DNA of 64,000 bases, from positions 741 through 64,740 of the forward strand of contig DIAY01000014.1 of NCBI GenBank assembly GCA_002414905.1, written 5' to 3'. Positions 8,974-18,150 of the stretch are shown piece after piece (within the stretch, counting starts at the first letter, position 1; every line of letters begins with the position of its first letter). The position numbers and the translations under genes are program-made. This DNA is from Holophagales bacterium UBA5066 (GTDB lineage: Bacteria; Acidobacteriota; Thermoanaerobaculia; UBA5066). The notes under the pieces are model-generated. The model was given only the letters and a program-made list of their open reading frames with translations, was not told the origin of the DNA and did no database searches.

Positions 8974-10555
8974 CGAGGCGAGTCCAGAGCTCGCCGCCTC
9001 CGAGGCCGTTCGTCAGGATGACGATTCCCGTGCCGCGTCCCGGCGAGAGCTGGGAGAAGCAGCGGAAGCCGGTGCTGTTGGCGCCGCTGTGGTGAACCAG
9101 ATCCCCGCTCGAGGTCGAGTTCAGCGACCAGCCGAGCCCCCAGTAGACCTCGCGGCCTCTCGCCCTCCCGGGCCGTTCCATCGGCTCCCTCACGTCGACG
9201 CGGACCTCGTGCCGGAGCATCGCGGCGACGGATGAGCGGGAGAGCCCGTGCGGCGCAGAGCCTTCCGGGTCGAGGATCGCGACGAGCAGCCGCGCATAGT
9301 CCTTCGCCGTCGTGACGAGCGAGTAGGCGGCGTTCGCATGCGTGTACCGCGCCCGTGCGAGGAACGTTCCGTCGGCCTTGTGCCCGCTCGCGAGCCGGGG
9401 GTCGAGCGCGGCCGTCCAGACATACGACGTGCTCGCCATCCCGAGGGGAGAAAAGAGCGTTCGCCGGGCGTACCCTTCGATCGGCTCGCCCGTCACCTTC
9501 TCCACGGCCCGCTGCAGCTGGTAGATCGCCTCGCCCGAGTAGCCGAAACGCGAGCCCGGCTCGAACAGGACCGGCAGCGGCCCGTCCCTTTCCTCGCCCC
9601 CCTTTCGCCAGTTCGGAAGGCCGGACGTGTGCGACAGGACCATCCGGGGCGTGATTCGCAGGCGCGCCTCCTGTACGGGCACGAACGGCGGTTCCACGTA
9701 GGCCGAAAGCGGACGGTCGAGGTCGATCTTCCCCTCTTCGACGAGCTTCAGGACGGTGTAGGCGAAGACGGGCTTGGTCATCGAAGCCGCCTCGAAGAGC
9801 GTCTCTGCGGTGACGGGCTCCCCCGTCCTGACGTCGGTCACCCCCCACGACTTCGTAAAGGCGACCTTCCGGTCCCGCACGAGGGCGATCGAAACTCCGG
9901 GGACGTGAAGCTCGGCCATCAGGAGCGGTGTCAGTCTCTCGACCGTCGCGACGGTCGACTCGAAGGAGGGAGCGCGGACCCACCCGGAGGGGTCGATCCG
10001 TTCGAGGGCCATCGCGGCGCCCAGGCGGACGTCCTCGTCCCGGTCGTGGAGCGCCTCGCGCAGCGCGGGGACGGACTCGACGGCACCGGCACCGACGGCA
10101 CCGACGGCACCGAGCGCGTTCGCCGCGCACCAGCGGACGTTCTCCTTCGGGTCGGCCAGCGCACGGACGAGGGCCGGCACAGCGTCGCGCCCCTCCCGCC
10201 CCAGCTTTCCGAGCGCGATGGCCGCGCCCCACCGGACGCTTTCCCTCGCGTCTCCGAGGGCCCGCGAAAGCGCGGGGACGGCGGTGGAACCTATCCGGTG
10301 GAGCGCCTCGGCGGCCTCGCCGGCGACGAACGGGTCCGCGTCGGCCAGGGTCTCGACGAGGGCCGCAACCTTCCCGTCCGCCGGGGCCTCCGAGGCGACG
10401 GCGCGGGCGGGCAGGGCGGCCAGTGCGGGCAGAGTGGTAAGAGTGGTCAGAGTCGTCAGAGTTACGAGAGTCGTGATGGTCACGAGCCTCGCGAGGGCCG
10501 CGCAGGCGACGGAAGCGGGAAGCACCGCGGCGCACCGCTTCAACGAGGCTTTCAT
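8951..10555 (-). CDS. Secreted HEAT-repeat + beta-lactamase-fold serine hydrolase (esterase/PBP-like)
   Basis: Trimmed from listed ORF 8951..11209 to the ATG at 10555, which has SD GGAGGTGAG and lies 2 nt after the upstream stop. Signal-like N-terminus and HEAT repeats (VRWGAAIALGKLG, VRWCAANALGAVG, VRLGAAMALERI). Beta-lactamase motifs are SMTK (SxxK), YSG and HSG. Confidence 0.8.
   Translation of the reverse strand: MKASLKRCAAVLPASVACAALARLVTITTLVTLTTLTTLTTLPALAALPARAVASEAPADGKVAALVETLADADPFVAGEAAEALHRIGSTAVPALSRALGDARESVRWGAAIALGKLGREGRDAVPALVRALADPKENVRWCAANALGAVGAVGAGAVESVPALREALHDRDEDVRLGAAMALERIDPSGWVRAPSFESTVATVERLTPLLMAELHVPGVSIALVRDRKVAFTKSWGVTDVRTGEPVTAETLFEAASMTKPVFAYTVLKLVEEGKIDLDRPLSAYVEPPFVPVQEARLRITPRMVLSHTSGLPNWRKGGEERDGPLPVLFEPGSRFGYSGEAIYQLQRAVEKVTGEPIEGYARRTLFSPLGMASTSYVWTAALDPRLASGHKADGTFLARARYTHANAAYSLVTTAKDYARLLVAILDPEGSAPHGLSRSSVAAMLRHEVRVDVREPMERPGRARGREVYWGLGWSLNSTSSGDLVHHSGANSTGFRCFSQLSPGRGTGIVILTNGLGGGELWTRLVSAIGDL
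10431..10475 (-). repeat. Imperfect 9-bp tandem repeat x5 inside the signal-peptide region of the HEAT/beta-lactamase gene
   Basis: Plus-strand units agagtggta/agagtggtc/agagtcgtc/agagttacg/agagtcgtg encode TITTLVTLTTLTTLTTL. Confidence 0.8.
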
Positions 10556-10557
10556 TC

Positions 10558-11634
10558 TCACCTCCGGGAGGAACCGGGTGCGGCAAGCGGAGCCGGCCCG
10601 GACGGTGGGGCGCGAAGCGGAACTCTCGTGACCCGCGCCGGGCCGAAGGTCTCGGCGTCGAACGCGAACAGGATCGGCAGACCGCCCGTGTGGAGGAAGA
10701 CGACCGGGACGCCGGCGTCGAGGCCGCCTCCGCGGGCCAGTGCGAAGAGGCCGGCCATCGACTTGCCCGTATAGATCGGGTCGAGGAGGAGCCCCTCGAG
10801 CCGCGCACAGGCGAGGATCGCCTCCGTCCCCGACTCGGTCGCGACCCCGTACTCCTCGTGAAACCCGTCGTGGCACTCGAGCGCGCCTGCGGGGACGGGC
10901 GAGTCGATGCCGAGGAGACCGGCGCTCTCGGCGATCAGCTCCGCCGTCCGCTGAACGATCCGGCGGGCGGTGCGCGAGACGCTGATCCCTATGATCCTCG
11001 CGCCGGGGAGGAATAGCCGGGCTCCGAGGTTCAGGCCGGCGAACGTCCCGCACGACCCGACGGCCACCACCACCTGGACCGGCCCCGGGCCGAGCTGGGG
11101 GGCGAGCTCGCGCATCGCGCGGACGTAGCCGAGCGCTCCCGCGCCCGTGCTCCCGCCGATCGGCAACGCGTACGGCCGCCGTCCCTCCGCACGCAGCTCT
11201 CCGACCCATCCGTTCATCGCGGCAGCCAGGGAATCGTTGTCGTCGTCGTCGACGAGATAGCGGAGCTCGGCCCCGTAGAGGACGTCGAGGAGAAGGTTGC
11301 CGCGGGGCCGTGCGAAGTCGGGACCGCCGAGGACGAGCTTCACGTCCAGCCCGAGCTTTCGCGCGGCGGCGGCCGTCATCACCGCGTGGTTCGACTGCGC
11401 GCCGCCGACGGTGACGACGACGTCACACCCCTGCTCGAGGATCGGGGCGAAGTCGTACTCCAGCTTGCGCGCCTTGTTGCCACCCATCGCGAGGCCGGTG
11501 GCGTCGTCCCTCTTTACGAAGAGTTTCGAGAGGCCCAGGTGGGTCGCCAGCCGGGGCGCCTCCTGCAGGGGTGTCGGAAGGTCCGCGAGCGGGACCCTCC
11601 GGACGGCGTCGAGGATCTCGCCTGCGGACTTCAC
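10558..11634 (-). CDS. PLP-dependent ACC deaminase / D-cysteine desulfhydrase family enzyme
   Basis: Family motifs TPLQEAPRL..LFVKRDD, GGNKARKLEY (PLP Lys) and GGSTGAGALGY. GTG start at 11634 with strong SD GAGGAGGGAAG. Confidence 0.85.
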   Translation of the reverse strand: MKSAGEILDAVRRVPLADLPTPLQEAPRLATHLGLSKLFVKRDDATGLAMGGNKARKLEYDFAPILEQGCDVVVTVGGAQSNHAVMTAAAARKLGLDVKLVLGGPDFARPRGNLLLDVLYGAELRYLVDDDDNDSLAAAMNGWVGELRAEGRRPYALPIGGSTGAGALGYVRAMRELAPQLGPGPVQVVVAVGSCGTFAGLNLGARLFLPGARIIGISVSRTARRIVQRTAELIAESAGLLGIDSPVPAGALECHDGFHEEYGVATESGTEAILACARLEGLLLDPIYTGKSMAGLFALARGGGLDAGVPVVFLHTGGLPILFAFDAETFGPARVTRVPLRAPPSGPAPLAAPGSSRR

Positions 11635-11647
11635 GTCGCTTCCCTCC

Positions 11648-12505
11648 TCAGAACCGGGTTGACTTCGCCTCCAGGAATCCGAGGAGCGCCCGGAAGAACG
11701 CGTCGGGCTTCTCGAGGTAGACGACGTGTCCGGACCCCTCGATGGGTTCCCAGCGTGTGTCGCGGAAGACGCCGAGGAGCTTCTTCTGTACCCATGGCGG
11801 GATCGTACGGTCTTCCGCCCCCGGTACGACGAGAACCGGCCCCGGGAAGGCCGCGTAGCCGGCGAGATTGCCGTCGAGCGCCGCGAAGAACGGGTCCTGC
11901 GCGAGCGTGAGCCTGATCAGCGCGTGCGTCTGATCTTTGTATCGGTCGTGAAAACGTGCACGGATCACCGGGAGGTTCGCCTTCATCGCCGAGACGAACT
12001 CCTCCCCGAAAATCTTCTCGTACATGTAATGCGTGTAGAGCTCGAAGACCTCCGGTCCGCTCCTGTAGAAGCGGAGGGAGATCTCCTGGTACATCGAGAA
12101 GAGCTCCTCGTGGGAAAGGAAGATCCCCGAGAGCGTCAACGTGTGGAGGCGCTGGGGGAAGAGACGGGCGACCTCCGCGGCGACGAACCCGCCGTAGGAG
12201 ACGCCGACCGCGTGGACCTTCTGGATCCCCAGGATGTCGAGGACTTTCGGCAGATAGCCTGCGAAGTCCGGGATCGAGTACGGCTCGTCGGGGGAGGACG
12301 ACTGTCCCTGCCCGAGGTAGTCGTAGAGAACGACGTCGTAACGGTCGAGGACACGAGGGAGGACGCCGAACCAGGCCCGCGTATGCATCGCGAGGCCGTT
12401 CAGGAGGCAGACCGCCTCCTTGTCCCCCTTGCCGACGTACTCCCAGCGGATCCGGTGATCCCCTTCCTGGAGAAACCCTTCGCGGTCGGGTGTGATGTCT
12501 GCCAT
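11648..12505 (-). CDS. Alpha/beta-fold serine hydrolase
   Basis: Trimmed from ORF 11648..13288 to the ATG at 12505 (SD GAGGAGG). Nucleophile elbow GVSYGG; C-terminal GSGHVVYLEKPD (catalytic His). Confidence 0.8.
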   Translation of the reverse strand: MADITPDREGFLQEGDHRIRWEYVGKGDKEAVCLLNGLAMHTRAWFGVLPRVLDRYDVVLYDYLGQGQSSSPDEPYSIPDFAGYLPKVLDILGIQKVHAVGVSYGGFVAAEVARLFPQRLHTLTLSGIFLSHEELFSMYQEISLRFYRSGPEVFELYTHYMYEKIFGEEFVSAMKANLPVIRARFHDRYKDQTHALIRLTLAQDPFFAALDGNLAGYAAFPGPVLVVPGAEDRTIPPWVQKKLLGVFRDTRWEPIEGSGHVVYLEKPDAFFRALLGFLEAKSTRF

Positions 12506-12564
12506 GTCACGCCCCTCCTCGGGACAGTCCGGGACCGGTCGCCTGCGTCCGGGCGGTGGAGGCT

Positions 12565-13797
12565 TCAGCCCGCCGGCGTCAGCACGGTGCAGACCGACGC
12601 ACAGACCGGCCCGCCGATGTTGAACGTCGCCGCAGCCCTGGCATTCGGCACCTGGAGCGCCTTCGGGACCTTCCCGAGAAGCTGCCACGCGCACCAGCCC
12701 ACCATCGCGATCCCGGTCGCGCCGATCGGGTGCCCCTTGGCGATGAGACCTCCCGAGGTGTTGATCCCGCATTCGCCATCGACGCGCGCCTTCCCGTCGC
12801 GCCAGTAGCGGGCGCCCTTCCCGGTAACGGCCTTTCCGATCACCTCTGTCCCGATCGCCCCCATGACGCTGAAGCAGTCGTGGACCTCGGCGACATTGAC
12901 GTCGGCAGGCGAGAGACCCGCCCGCCGGTAGGCCGCCGCCATCGCGGCGAGCGCCGCCTTGGGGCGGAGGACGTCGCGTCCCTCCTTCTTGAGCGGGTCG
13001 GTCGCCTGGCCCCAGCCCGCGAGGCGCACGCAGTCGGCCTTCGCCACGCCGAGACGCGAGAGACCCTCCTCCGTGGCGAGGAGCATGCCCGCCCAGCCGT
13101 CGGAAATCTGGGAGCAGTCGTAGGTCTTGAGCGGGAGCCCCTCGACGACGTAGCGGTTGATCCCCTCGATCTTCATCGCCGACTCGAGCGTCACCTGATT
13201 CTTCTGCATCTGCGCGAACGGGTTTTCCCGCGCGTTCTCGTACTCGGCGACCGCAATCGACGCGAGGTCTTCCTCGGTCACGCCCCACTCGTCCATGTAG
13301 GCCTTCATCACCTCGGCGAAGAGGTGCGGGAAGACGAAAACCTTGCCGGGCCGTTCGTCGGGGTGCGAGTAGAGGCCGAGGACCTTTCCGATGAGCTTGC
13401 CGTCCATCTTCCCGTCGGCGTCGCGCATCTTCTCGAAGCCGACGGCGAGGCCGACGTCGCCGTCACCGAGCATCAGCTTCTGCGCGACGGCGAGGATCGC
13501 CTGCCCGCCCGTGGCGCAGGCGTTCTCGACGCTCTCGATCGGCTTGGCGTCGAGTCCTGGCGTCATGGCGAGGAGGCCGGAGAGGAGCCCCTGCTCGTTG
13601 AGGGTCAGGTTGCAGACGGCGCCGACCGTGGCGACGTCGACGGCCGAGCAGTCGGCCTTCACCGAGGAGCAGGTCTCCTCGGCGGCACGCCGGAGAATCT
13701 CGGGAACCGTCATCCCGAGGAGCTTTCCGAACTTCGACTGCTGGTAGGCGGCGATGTAGATCGGCTTCACGAGCTTCCTCCGTTCCGCTCGGGTCAC
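12565..13797 (-). CDS. Thiolase, SCP-x/SCP2-type (acetyl-CoA C-acyltransferase-like)
   Basis: Motifs VENACATGG (nucleophilic Cys), EVHDCFS and SGGLIAKGHPIGATG. GTG start overlaps the upstream stop (GTGA, 13794-13797). Confidence 0.85.
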   Translation of the reverse strand: MTRAERRKLVKPIYIAAYQQSKFGKLLGMTVPEILRRAAEETCSSVKADCSAVDVATVGAVCNLTLNEQGLLSGLLAMTPGLDAKPIESVENACATGGQAILAVAQKLMLGDGDVGLAVGFEKMRDADGKMDGKLIGKVLGLYSHPDERPGKVFVFPHLFAEVMKAYMDEWGVTEEDLASIAVAEYENARENPFAQMQKNQVTLESAMKIEGINRYVVEGLPLKTYDCSQISDGWAGMLLATEEGLSRLGVAKADCVRLAGWGQATDPLKKEGRDVLRPKAALAAMAAAYRRAGLSPADVNVAEVHDCFSVMGAIGTEVIGKAVTGKGARYWRDGKARVDGECGINTSGGLIAKGHPIGATGIAMVGWCAWQLLGKVPKALQVPNARAAATFNIGGPVCASVCTVLTPAG

Positions 13798-14612
13798 TGC
13801 GCCCCAAGCTCGCCCTCGAGCGGGTGGCGGGCGAGAAAGGCGAGGAGATGATCGATTGTCTCGCGCGGCTTCTCCACCACGAGAGCGTGGCCGCTCCCGG
13901 GGACGACGGCGAGCTCGCCGCGCGGGAGGGCCCTTGCGAGGGCTTCCCCGCCGTCACGCGGCATCGCCCGGTCGCCTTCGGCCAGGAGGACGAGGGTCGG
14001 ACAGGTGATCTTCGACAGGAGCGGCGTCACGTCGAGCCCCTCGAGCGCGTCGAGGAGCCCGGCGAGCCCCTCGAACCAGGAGTCGGGGAGGTGCGCCACG
14101 AGGGTACGGCGGGCCGCGATCTCCTTCTCGTGCTCCTCGGCCCACTCCTCGGAGAACGCGAAGGCCGAGATCAGGTCATAAACCTTCTCGCGTGGACCGC
14201 CGGCGAGCGCTTCGCGACAGGCCACGGACATCTCGCGGGCTTCGGCCCACATCTCCGCGGAGACGCGGTCGGCAACCGTCATCGCGACCAGGGTCGCGAC
14301 GCGGTCCGGGGCGAGGGCCGCCAGGTGCAGGCCCGCGAAGGCACCGTAGCTCGTCCCGGCCACGTGGCACGTCGCGATGCCGAGGTGATCGAGGAGGCTC
14401 AGGAGGTCCTCGGCGTGGCCCGGGAACGCCGCGCGAGGGATCCCGGGCGAGCGCAGCTGCCCGCGGAAATCGCAGCGGACCACACTGAAGCTTTCGGCGA
14501 GCGCCGGGACGAGGTCATCCCACGCGGTGAAGCTCATCATCCCGCCGTTCAGGAGGAGGAGCGTCGCGCCGCGGCCTTCCACCTGGTGCGCGAGGACGTG
14601 AGGCGTCTTCAA
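13794..14612 (-). CDS. Alpha/beta-fold serine hydrolase
   Basis: Motifs LLLLNGG, nucleophile elbow GTSYGA and GSGHALVVEKP. TTG start overlaps the upstream stop (TTGA, 14609-14612). Confidence 0.8.
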   Translation of the reverse strand: MKTPHVLAHQVEGRGATLLLLNGGMMSFTAWDDLVPALAESFSVVRCDFRGQLRSPGIPRAAFPGHAEDLLSLLDHLGIATCHVAGTSYGAFAGLHLAALAPDRVATLVAMTVADRVSAEMWAEAREMSVACREALAGGPREKVYDLISAFAFSEEWAEEHEKEIAARRTLVAHLPDSWFEGLAGLLDALEGLDVTPLLSKITCPTLVLLAEGDRAMPRDGGEALARALPRGELAVVPGSGHALVVEKPRETIDHLLAFLARHPLEGELGAQ

Positions 14613-16150
14613 GCGCCCCCCCGTTCCGCGAGGTACCCGTCCTTCAGCTCTCCCTTGACGACCTTGCCGTACGCCGTTCTGGGGAGGGCGTCGGTGAACA
14701 CGACCTCCCTCGGGAGCTTGTAGCGGGCGAGCCGCGCCTCGGCAAACGCGAGGAGCCCCTCTTTCGTAAGGACCTCGCCCGGCCGGAGGACGACGAACGC
14801 GACGCCGATCTCGCCCCAGATCGGATCGGGGACTCCGACGACGGCCGCATCCTGGACGGACGGATGGAGCAGGAGCTCTCCCTCGATCTCGGCGGGATAG
14901 ACGTTCACGCCCCCCGAGATGAGCATGTCCTTGCGCCGCCCGGCGATCGTGAAGAAGCCGTCCCCGTCCCTGCGCGCGAGGTCGCCGGTGTGGAAGAAGC
15001 CTTCGTCGTCGAGCGCGGCGGCCGTGGCGGGGCGGTTCTGCCAGTAGCCCTTCGAGACGTGCGGTCCGCGCAGGCAGAGCTCGCCCACCTCTCCCACCGG
15101 CACCTCGTGTCCCGCCTCGTCGACGAGGCGGGCGTCGGTCATCATGAGCGGCCGCCCGATCGAGCCCTTCTTCGCAACCGACTCCTCGACGGACATCGCG
15201 AAGCAGTTCACGCCCACCTCGGTCAGGCCGTATCCCTGCTTGAAGACGATTCCCCGCTTCTGGTACGCGTCGATCAGGTAGAGCGGGAGCGGCGCGCCGC
15301 CGCTGATGAGCCAGCGGATCGAGGAAAGGTCAGCTGTTTCGAACGACGGGTGCTCGAGGAGCAGCTTCCAGATCGTCGGGACGCCGAGGACGACCGTGCA
15401 ACGCTCTTTCGCAACCGTCGCCCAGATCTCGGCCGCGTCGAAGCCGGCGTGGAGGACGATCGTTCCGCCCGCGGCGAGGATCGGCACCAGGAAGGCGCCG
15501 AGCCCGCCCGCGTGATAGAGCGGCGTGAAGACGGGACTCACGTCGGCTTCCGAAAGACCCCAGCAGACGGCCGTGTTCCAGCCGTTCCAGGCCGTCATCC
15601 GGTGGGGGACCATGACGCCCTTCGGCTTTCCCGTCGTCCCGCTGGTGTAGAGGAGCGCGTGGAGGTCCTCCCCGTCGCACCGCGTCCTCTCGAACGGGGC
15701 CTCGGGGAGGGCGGAAAGCTCGGCGACCCAGAAAAGGTCTCCGGCCGTGGCGGGCGTATCGAGGGCGATCCCGAGCGACACCGCCGATTCCGCACGCAGA
15801 GCGTCCGCGATCCCGGTGAACTCTTCCCCGTAGACCAGGGCCGCAAGGCCCGCGTCCCGGGCGATGTAAGCCAGCTCGTGCGGCGTCAGCCTCGTCCCGA
15901 GCGGAACGAGGATGATCCCCGTCTTGGCCGCGGCGAAGAAGAGGTCGACGTACTCGACGCGGTTGTGGGCAAGAAGGCCGATCCGCTCCCCTTTCGCGAG
16001 GCCCAGCCGGTCGCGCAGGAGCGCCGCAGCCCGTTCTGCTCTCGCGTTCAGCTCGCCGTAGGTGAAGCGCTCGCCGGTCGGGACGAAGACGAGCGCCGTC
16101 GTCCCGGGCGAGAGACGGGCGCGCTCCCCGAGGACGTCGGCGTGGATCAC
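14609..16150 (-). CDS. AMP-dependent acyl-CoA synthetase/ligase
   Basis: Trimmed from ORF 14609..16258 to the GTG at 16150, which overlaps the upstream stop (GTGA, 16147-16150). Motifs YTSGTTGKPKGV, GYGLTE, TGDLARRDGDGFFTIAGRRKDMLISGGVNVYPAEIE, PRTAYGKV. Confidence 0.85.
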   Translation of the reverse strand: MIHADVLGERARLSPGTTALVFVPTGERFTYGELNARAERAAALLRDRLGLAKGERIGLLAHNRVEYVDLFFAAAKTGIILVPLGTRLTPHELAYIARDAGLAALVYGEEFTGIADALRAESAVSLGIALDTPATAGDLFWVAELSALPEAPFERTRCDGEDLHALLYTSGTTGKPKGVMVPHRMTAWNGWNTAVCWGLSEADVSPVFTPLYHAGGLGAFLVPILAAGGTIVLHAGFDAAEIWATVAKERCTVVLGVPTIWKLLLEHPSFETADLSSIRWLISGGAPLPLYLIDAYQKRGIVFKQGYGLTEVGVNCFAMSVEESVAKKGSIGRPLMMTDARLVDEAGHEVPVGEVGELCLRGPHVSKGYWQNRPATAAALDDEGFFHTGDLARRDGDGFFTIAGRRKDMLISGGVNVYPAEIEGELLLHPSVQDAAVVGVPDPIWGEIGVAFVVLRPGEVLTKEGLLAFAEARLARYKLPREVVFTDALPRTAYGKVVKGELKDGYLAERGGA

Positions 16151-17115
16151 GGCGCGGCTTCCCCGACGGCGACCGGATTCGGGACGGCCTCGGCCGGCGC
16201 GTCCGGCGCAGGCCCGGCGAGGAGCTTCCCGAGAGCCTCCCCGAAGGCCGCCGGGCACTCCTGCTGGGGAACGTGGCCGCAGCGCGGCAGCTCCGTCAGG
16301 CGGGCGCGGGGCACCACGGCGAGCATCCTCCCGGCGTAGGAGAGGGGCATCATCCGGTCCGAGGTACCCCAGACGACGTCGACCGGCACGGTCAGCTCGG
16401 CGAGGCGCCCTTCCAGGACGTACCTTTCCATCCCCTCGCTCGCGGCGGCGAGCCGGGCGATCGGCCCATTCGCGGCCTCGCGCACGACGTCGTCGAGGAC
16501 GAAATCGGGGACACGGATCGAGCCCGGGTCGCGAAGGGCCTCGATGGTCTTCCGCGCCTCGAACCGGTCCTTCGGCCGGAGCGTCAGCCCTTCCGCTACG
16601 TGCGTCAGCGGGCCACCGTTGACGAGAACGATCCGATCGACCCGTTCCGGGTGCTCCCTCGCCCAGAGGCAGGCGAGCCAGGCGCCGAGGGAATTGCCGA
16701 CGATCGTCACCTTCTCTTTCGGCGCCGTCTCGTCGAGGACGGCCGAGAGCCCCGCGAGGAGCGTTTCGACCGGAAGCGGTCCCTTCTCCGGCGCGCTGTC
16801 GCCGTGGCCCGCGAGGTCGGGGATGACGAGCGTCCTCCCGGGAAGCAGCTTCGGCACGACGAGCGACCAGGACGCCGCCTGGTCCCCCGCGCCGTGGAGA
16901 AGAACGAGAGCGGGTCCGGTCCCTCCGTTGAAGACGGTCTGCGGGCCGACGGGCGACGCGATCACCGACTTCGACAGCCCCGCGGAGCGAAGCGCCCGCC
17001 GGCCCGACGCCGCGTACATGGCGAGGGGCCTCATCCGCGCGATGAGGAAGACGACGATCCCCGCCAGAACGAGAAGAACGGCAGCGGCGAGGAGGAGCTT
17101 CGCGGGTCGATTCAT
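16147..17115 (-). CDS. Membrane-anchored alpha/beta-fold serine hydrolase
   Basis: N-terminal TM LLLAAAVLLVLAGIVVFLIA. Motifs LVLLHGAGD, GNSLGA and CGHVPQQE. ATG at 17115 with SD GGAGGTG. Confidence 0.8.
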   Translation of the reverse strand: MNRPAKLLLAAAVLLVLAGIVVFLIARMRPLAMYAASGRRALRSAGLSKSVIASPVGPQTVFNGGTGPALVLLHGAGDQAASWSLVVPKLLPGRTLVIPDLAGHGDSAPEKGPLPVETLLAGLSAVLDETAPKEKVTIVGNSLGAWLACLWAREHPERVDRIVLVNGGPLTHVAEGLTLRPKDRFEARKTIEALRDPGSIRVPDFVLDDVVREAANGPIARLAAASEGMERYVLEGRLAELTVPVDVVWGTSDRMMPLSYAGRMLAVVPRARLTELPRCGHVPQQECPAAFGEALGKLLAGPAPDAPAEAVPNPVAVGEAAP

Positions 17116-17146
17116 ACGTTCACCTCCACGCCGCGGCTGGCGGACC

Positions 17147-18139
17147 TCAGGTCATCCGGAACGCGACGCCGGCCTGGTTGTACCCGACACCAGAGCCGAT
17201 CATGACGACGAGGTCGCCCTTTTTCACCTTCCCCTGCTCGAGGGCGTCGTCGAGGGCCATCGGGATGCAGGCCGAGCCGGTGTAGCCCCACTTCTCCATG
17301 ATCGTGTGAGCCTTTTCCACGGGAATACCGAGGTCCTCCATGACGAGGTCGATGGAGGGCTTGCGCACCTGGGTGAAGATGATCTGGTCGACGTCGGCGA
17401 AGGTGAAGCCGCCTTCCTTCGCGAGGCGCCTCGCAAGGCGAGGCCACCCTTCGTGGTTGATTTCAGGCGGGTAGCGCTCGGCCATCTTCACCGTCGTCCG
17501 CCCCGCCGCCACGTTCTCGACCGTCGCCGGCTCGGCCGTGCCGCCCGCGAAGATGCCCCAGTGCTTCGCGTACTCTCCGCCCGCCTGCATCGCCGAGTTG
17601 ATGAAGCCCGGCTCGTCGCCCGCCTGGAGGACGGCCGCGCCGGCCCCGTCGCCATAGAAGAAGACCATCGGATCGTTCGGATCGGCCAGCTTGTGCATCA
17701 GGTAGACGCCGACGACGAGGACGTTCTTCAGCGCCGGGTTCGTCGCGAGAAGGCCGGCACCGGTGGCAAGCCCCGTGGGGAACGACGCGCAGGCGCAGCC
17801 GACGTCGAACGTCCCGGCGTTCTTCGCGCCGAGCTTGTGCTGGAGGACGACCGAGGTCGCCGGGGTGACGTAGTCGGGCGAGTCGGTGCCGAGAATGATC
17901 AGGTCGATGTCGGCGGCCGTGAGCCCCGCCCTTTCGATCGCCTGCCTCGCCGCGGGAAGCGCCACGTCGGACGTGGCCCAATCCTCCGGGGCGTAGAAGC
18001 GGGTCCGGATCCCGCTCGAGGCCTCCATCTTGTCGACGAAGTCGGGGAACTGCGGCCATCGCGCCTTCAGGGCGGCGTTCGGGACCTCGATCGGCGGGAC
18101 GAACCGCCCGGTCGAGACGATGCGTGCGTATCGAGCCAT
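17147..18139 (-). CDS. KAS III (FabH)-like thiolase-fold enzyme with non-canonical active site
   Basis: Trimmed from ORF 17147..18688 to the ATG at 18139 (SD GGAAGGAA). FabH-like over its whole length (FDVGCACASF, FYGDGAGAAVL). The positions aligned with FabH His244 and Asn274 are Thr and Tyr. Confidence 0.8.
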   Translation of the reverse strand: MARYARIVSTGRFVPPIEVPNAALKARWPQFPDFVDKMEASSGIRTRFYAPEDWATSDVALPAARQAIERAGLTAADIDLIILGTDSPDYVTPATSVVLQHKLGAKNAGTFDVGCACASFPTGLATGAGLLATNPALKNVLVVGVYLMHKLADPNDPMVFFYGDGAGAAVLQAGDEPGFINSAMQAGGEYAKHWGIFAGGTAEPATVENVAAGRTTVKMAERYPPEINHEGWPRLARRLAKEGGFTFADVDQIIFTQVRKPSIDLVMEDLGIPVEKAHTIMEKWGYTGSACIPMALDDALEQGKVKKGDLVVMIGSGVGYNQAGVAFRMT

Positions 18140-18150
18140 CGCGTTCCTTC

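Noticed and set aside
10431-10475. Repeat tracts (here, at 40430-40560 and at 47544-47573) considered as a possible CRISPR or minisatellite array
   Set aside because: The units are 9-15 bp and lie directly adjacent without spacers. Those at 10431-10475 and 40430-40560 are also inside coding frames. None has the 25-40-bp repeat/spacer architecture of CRISPR, and no cas genes are in the window.
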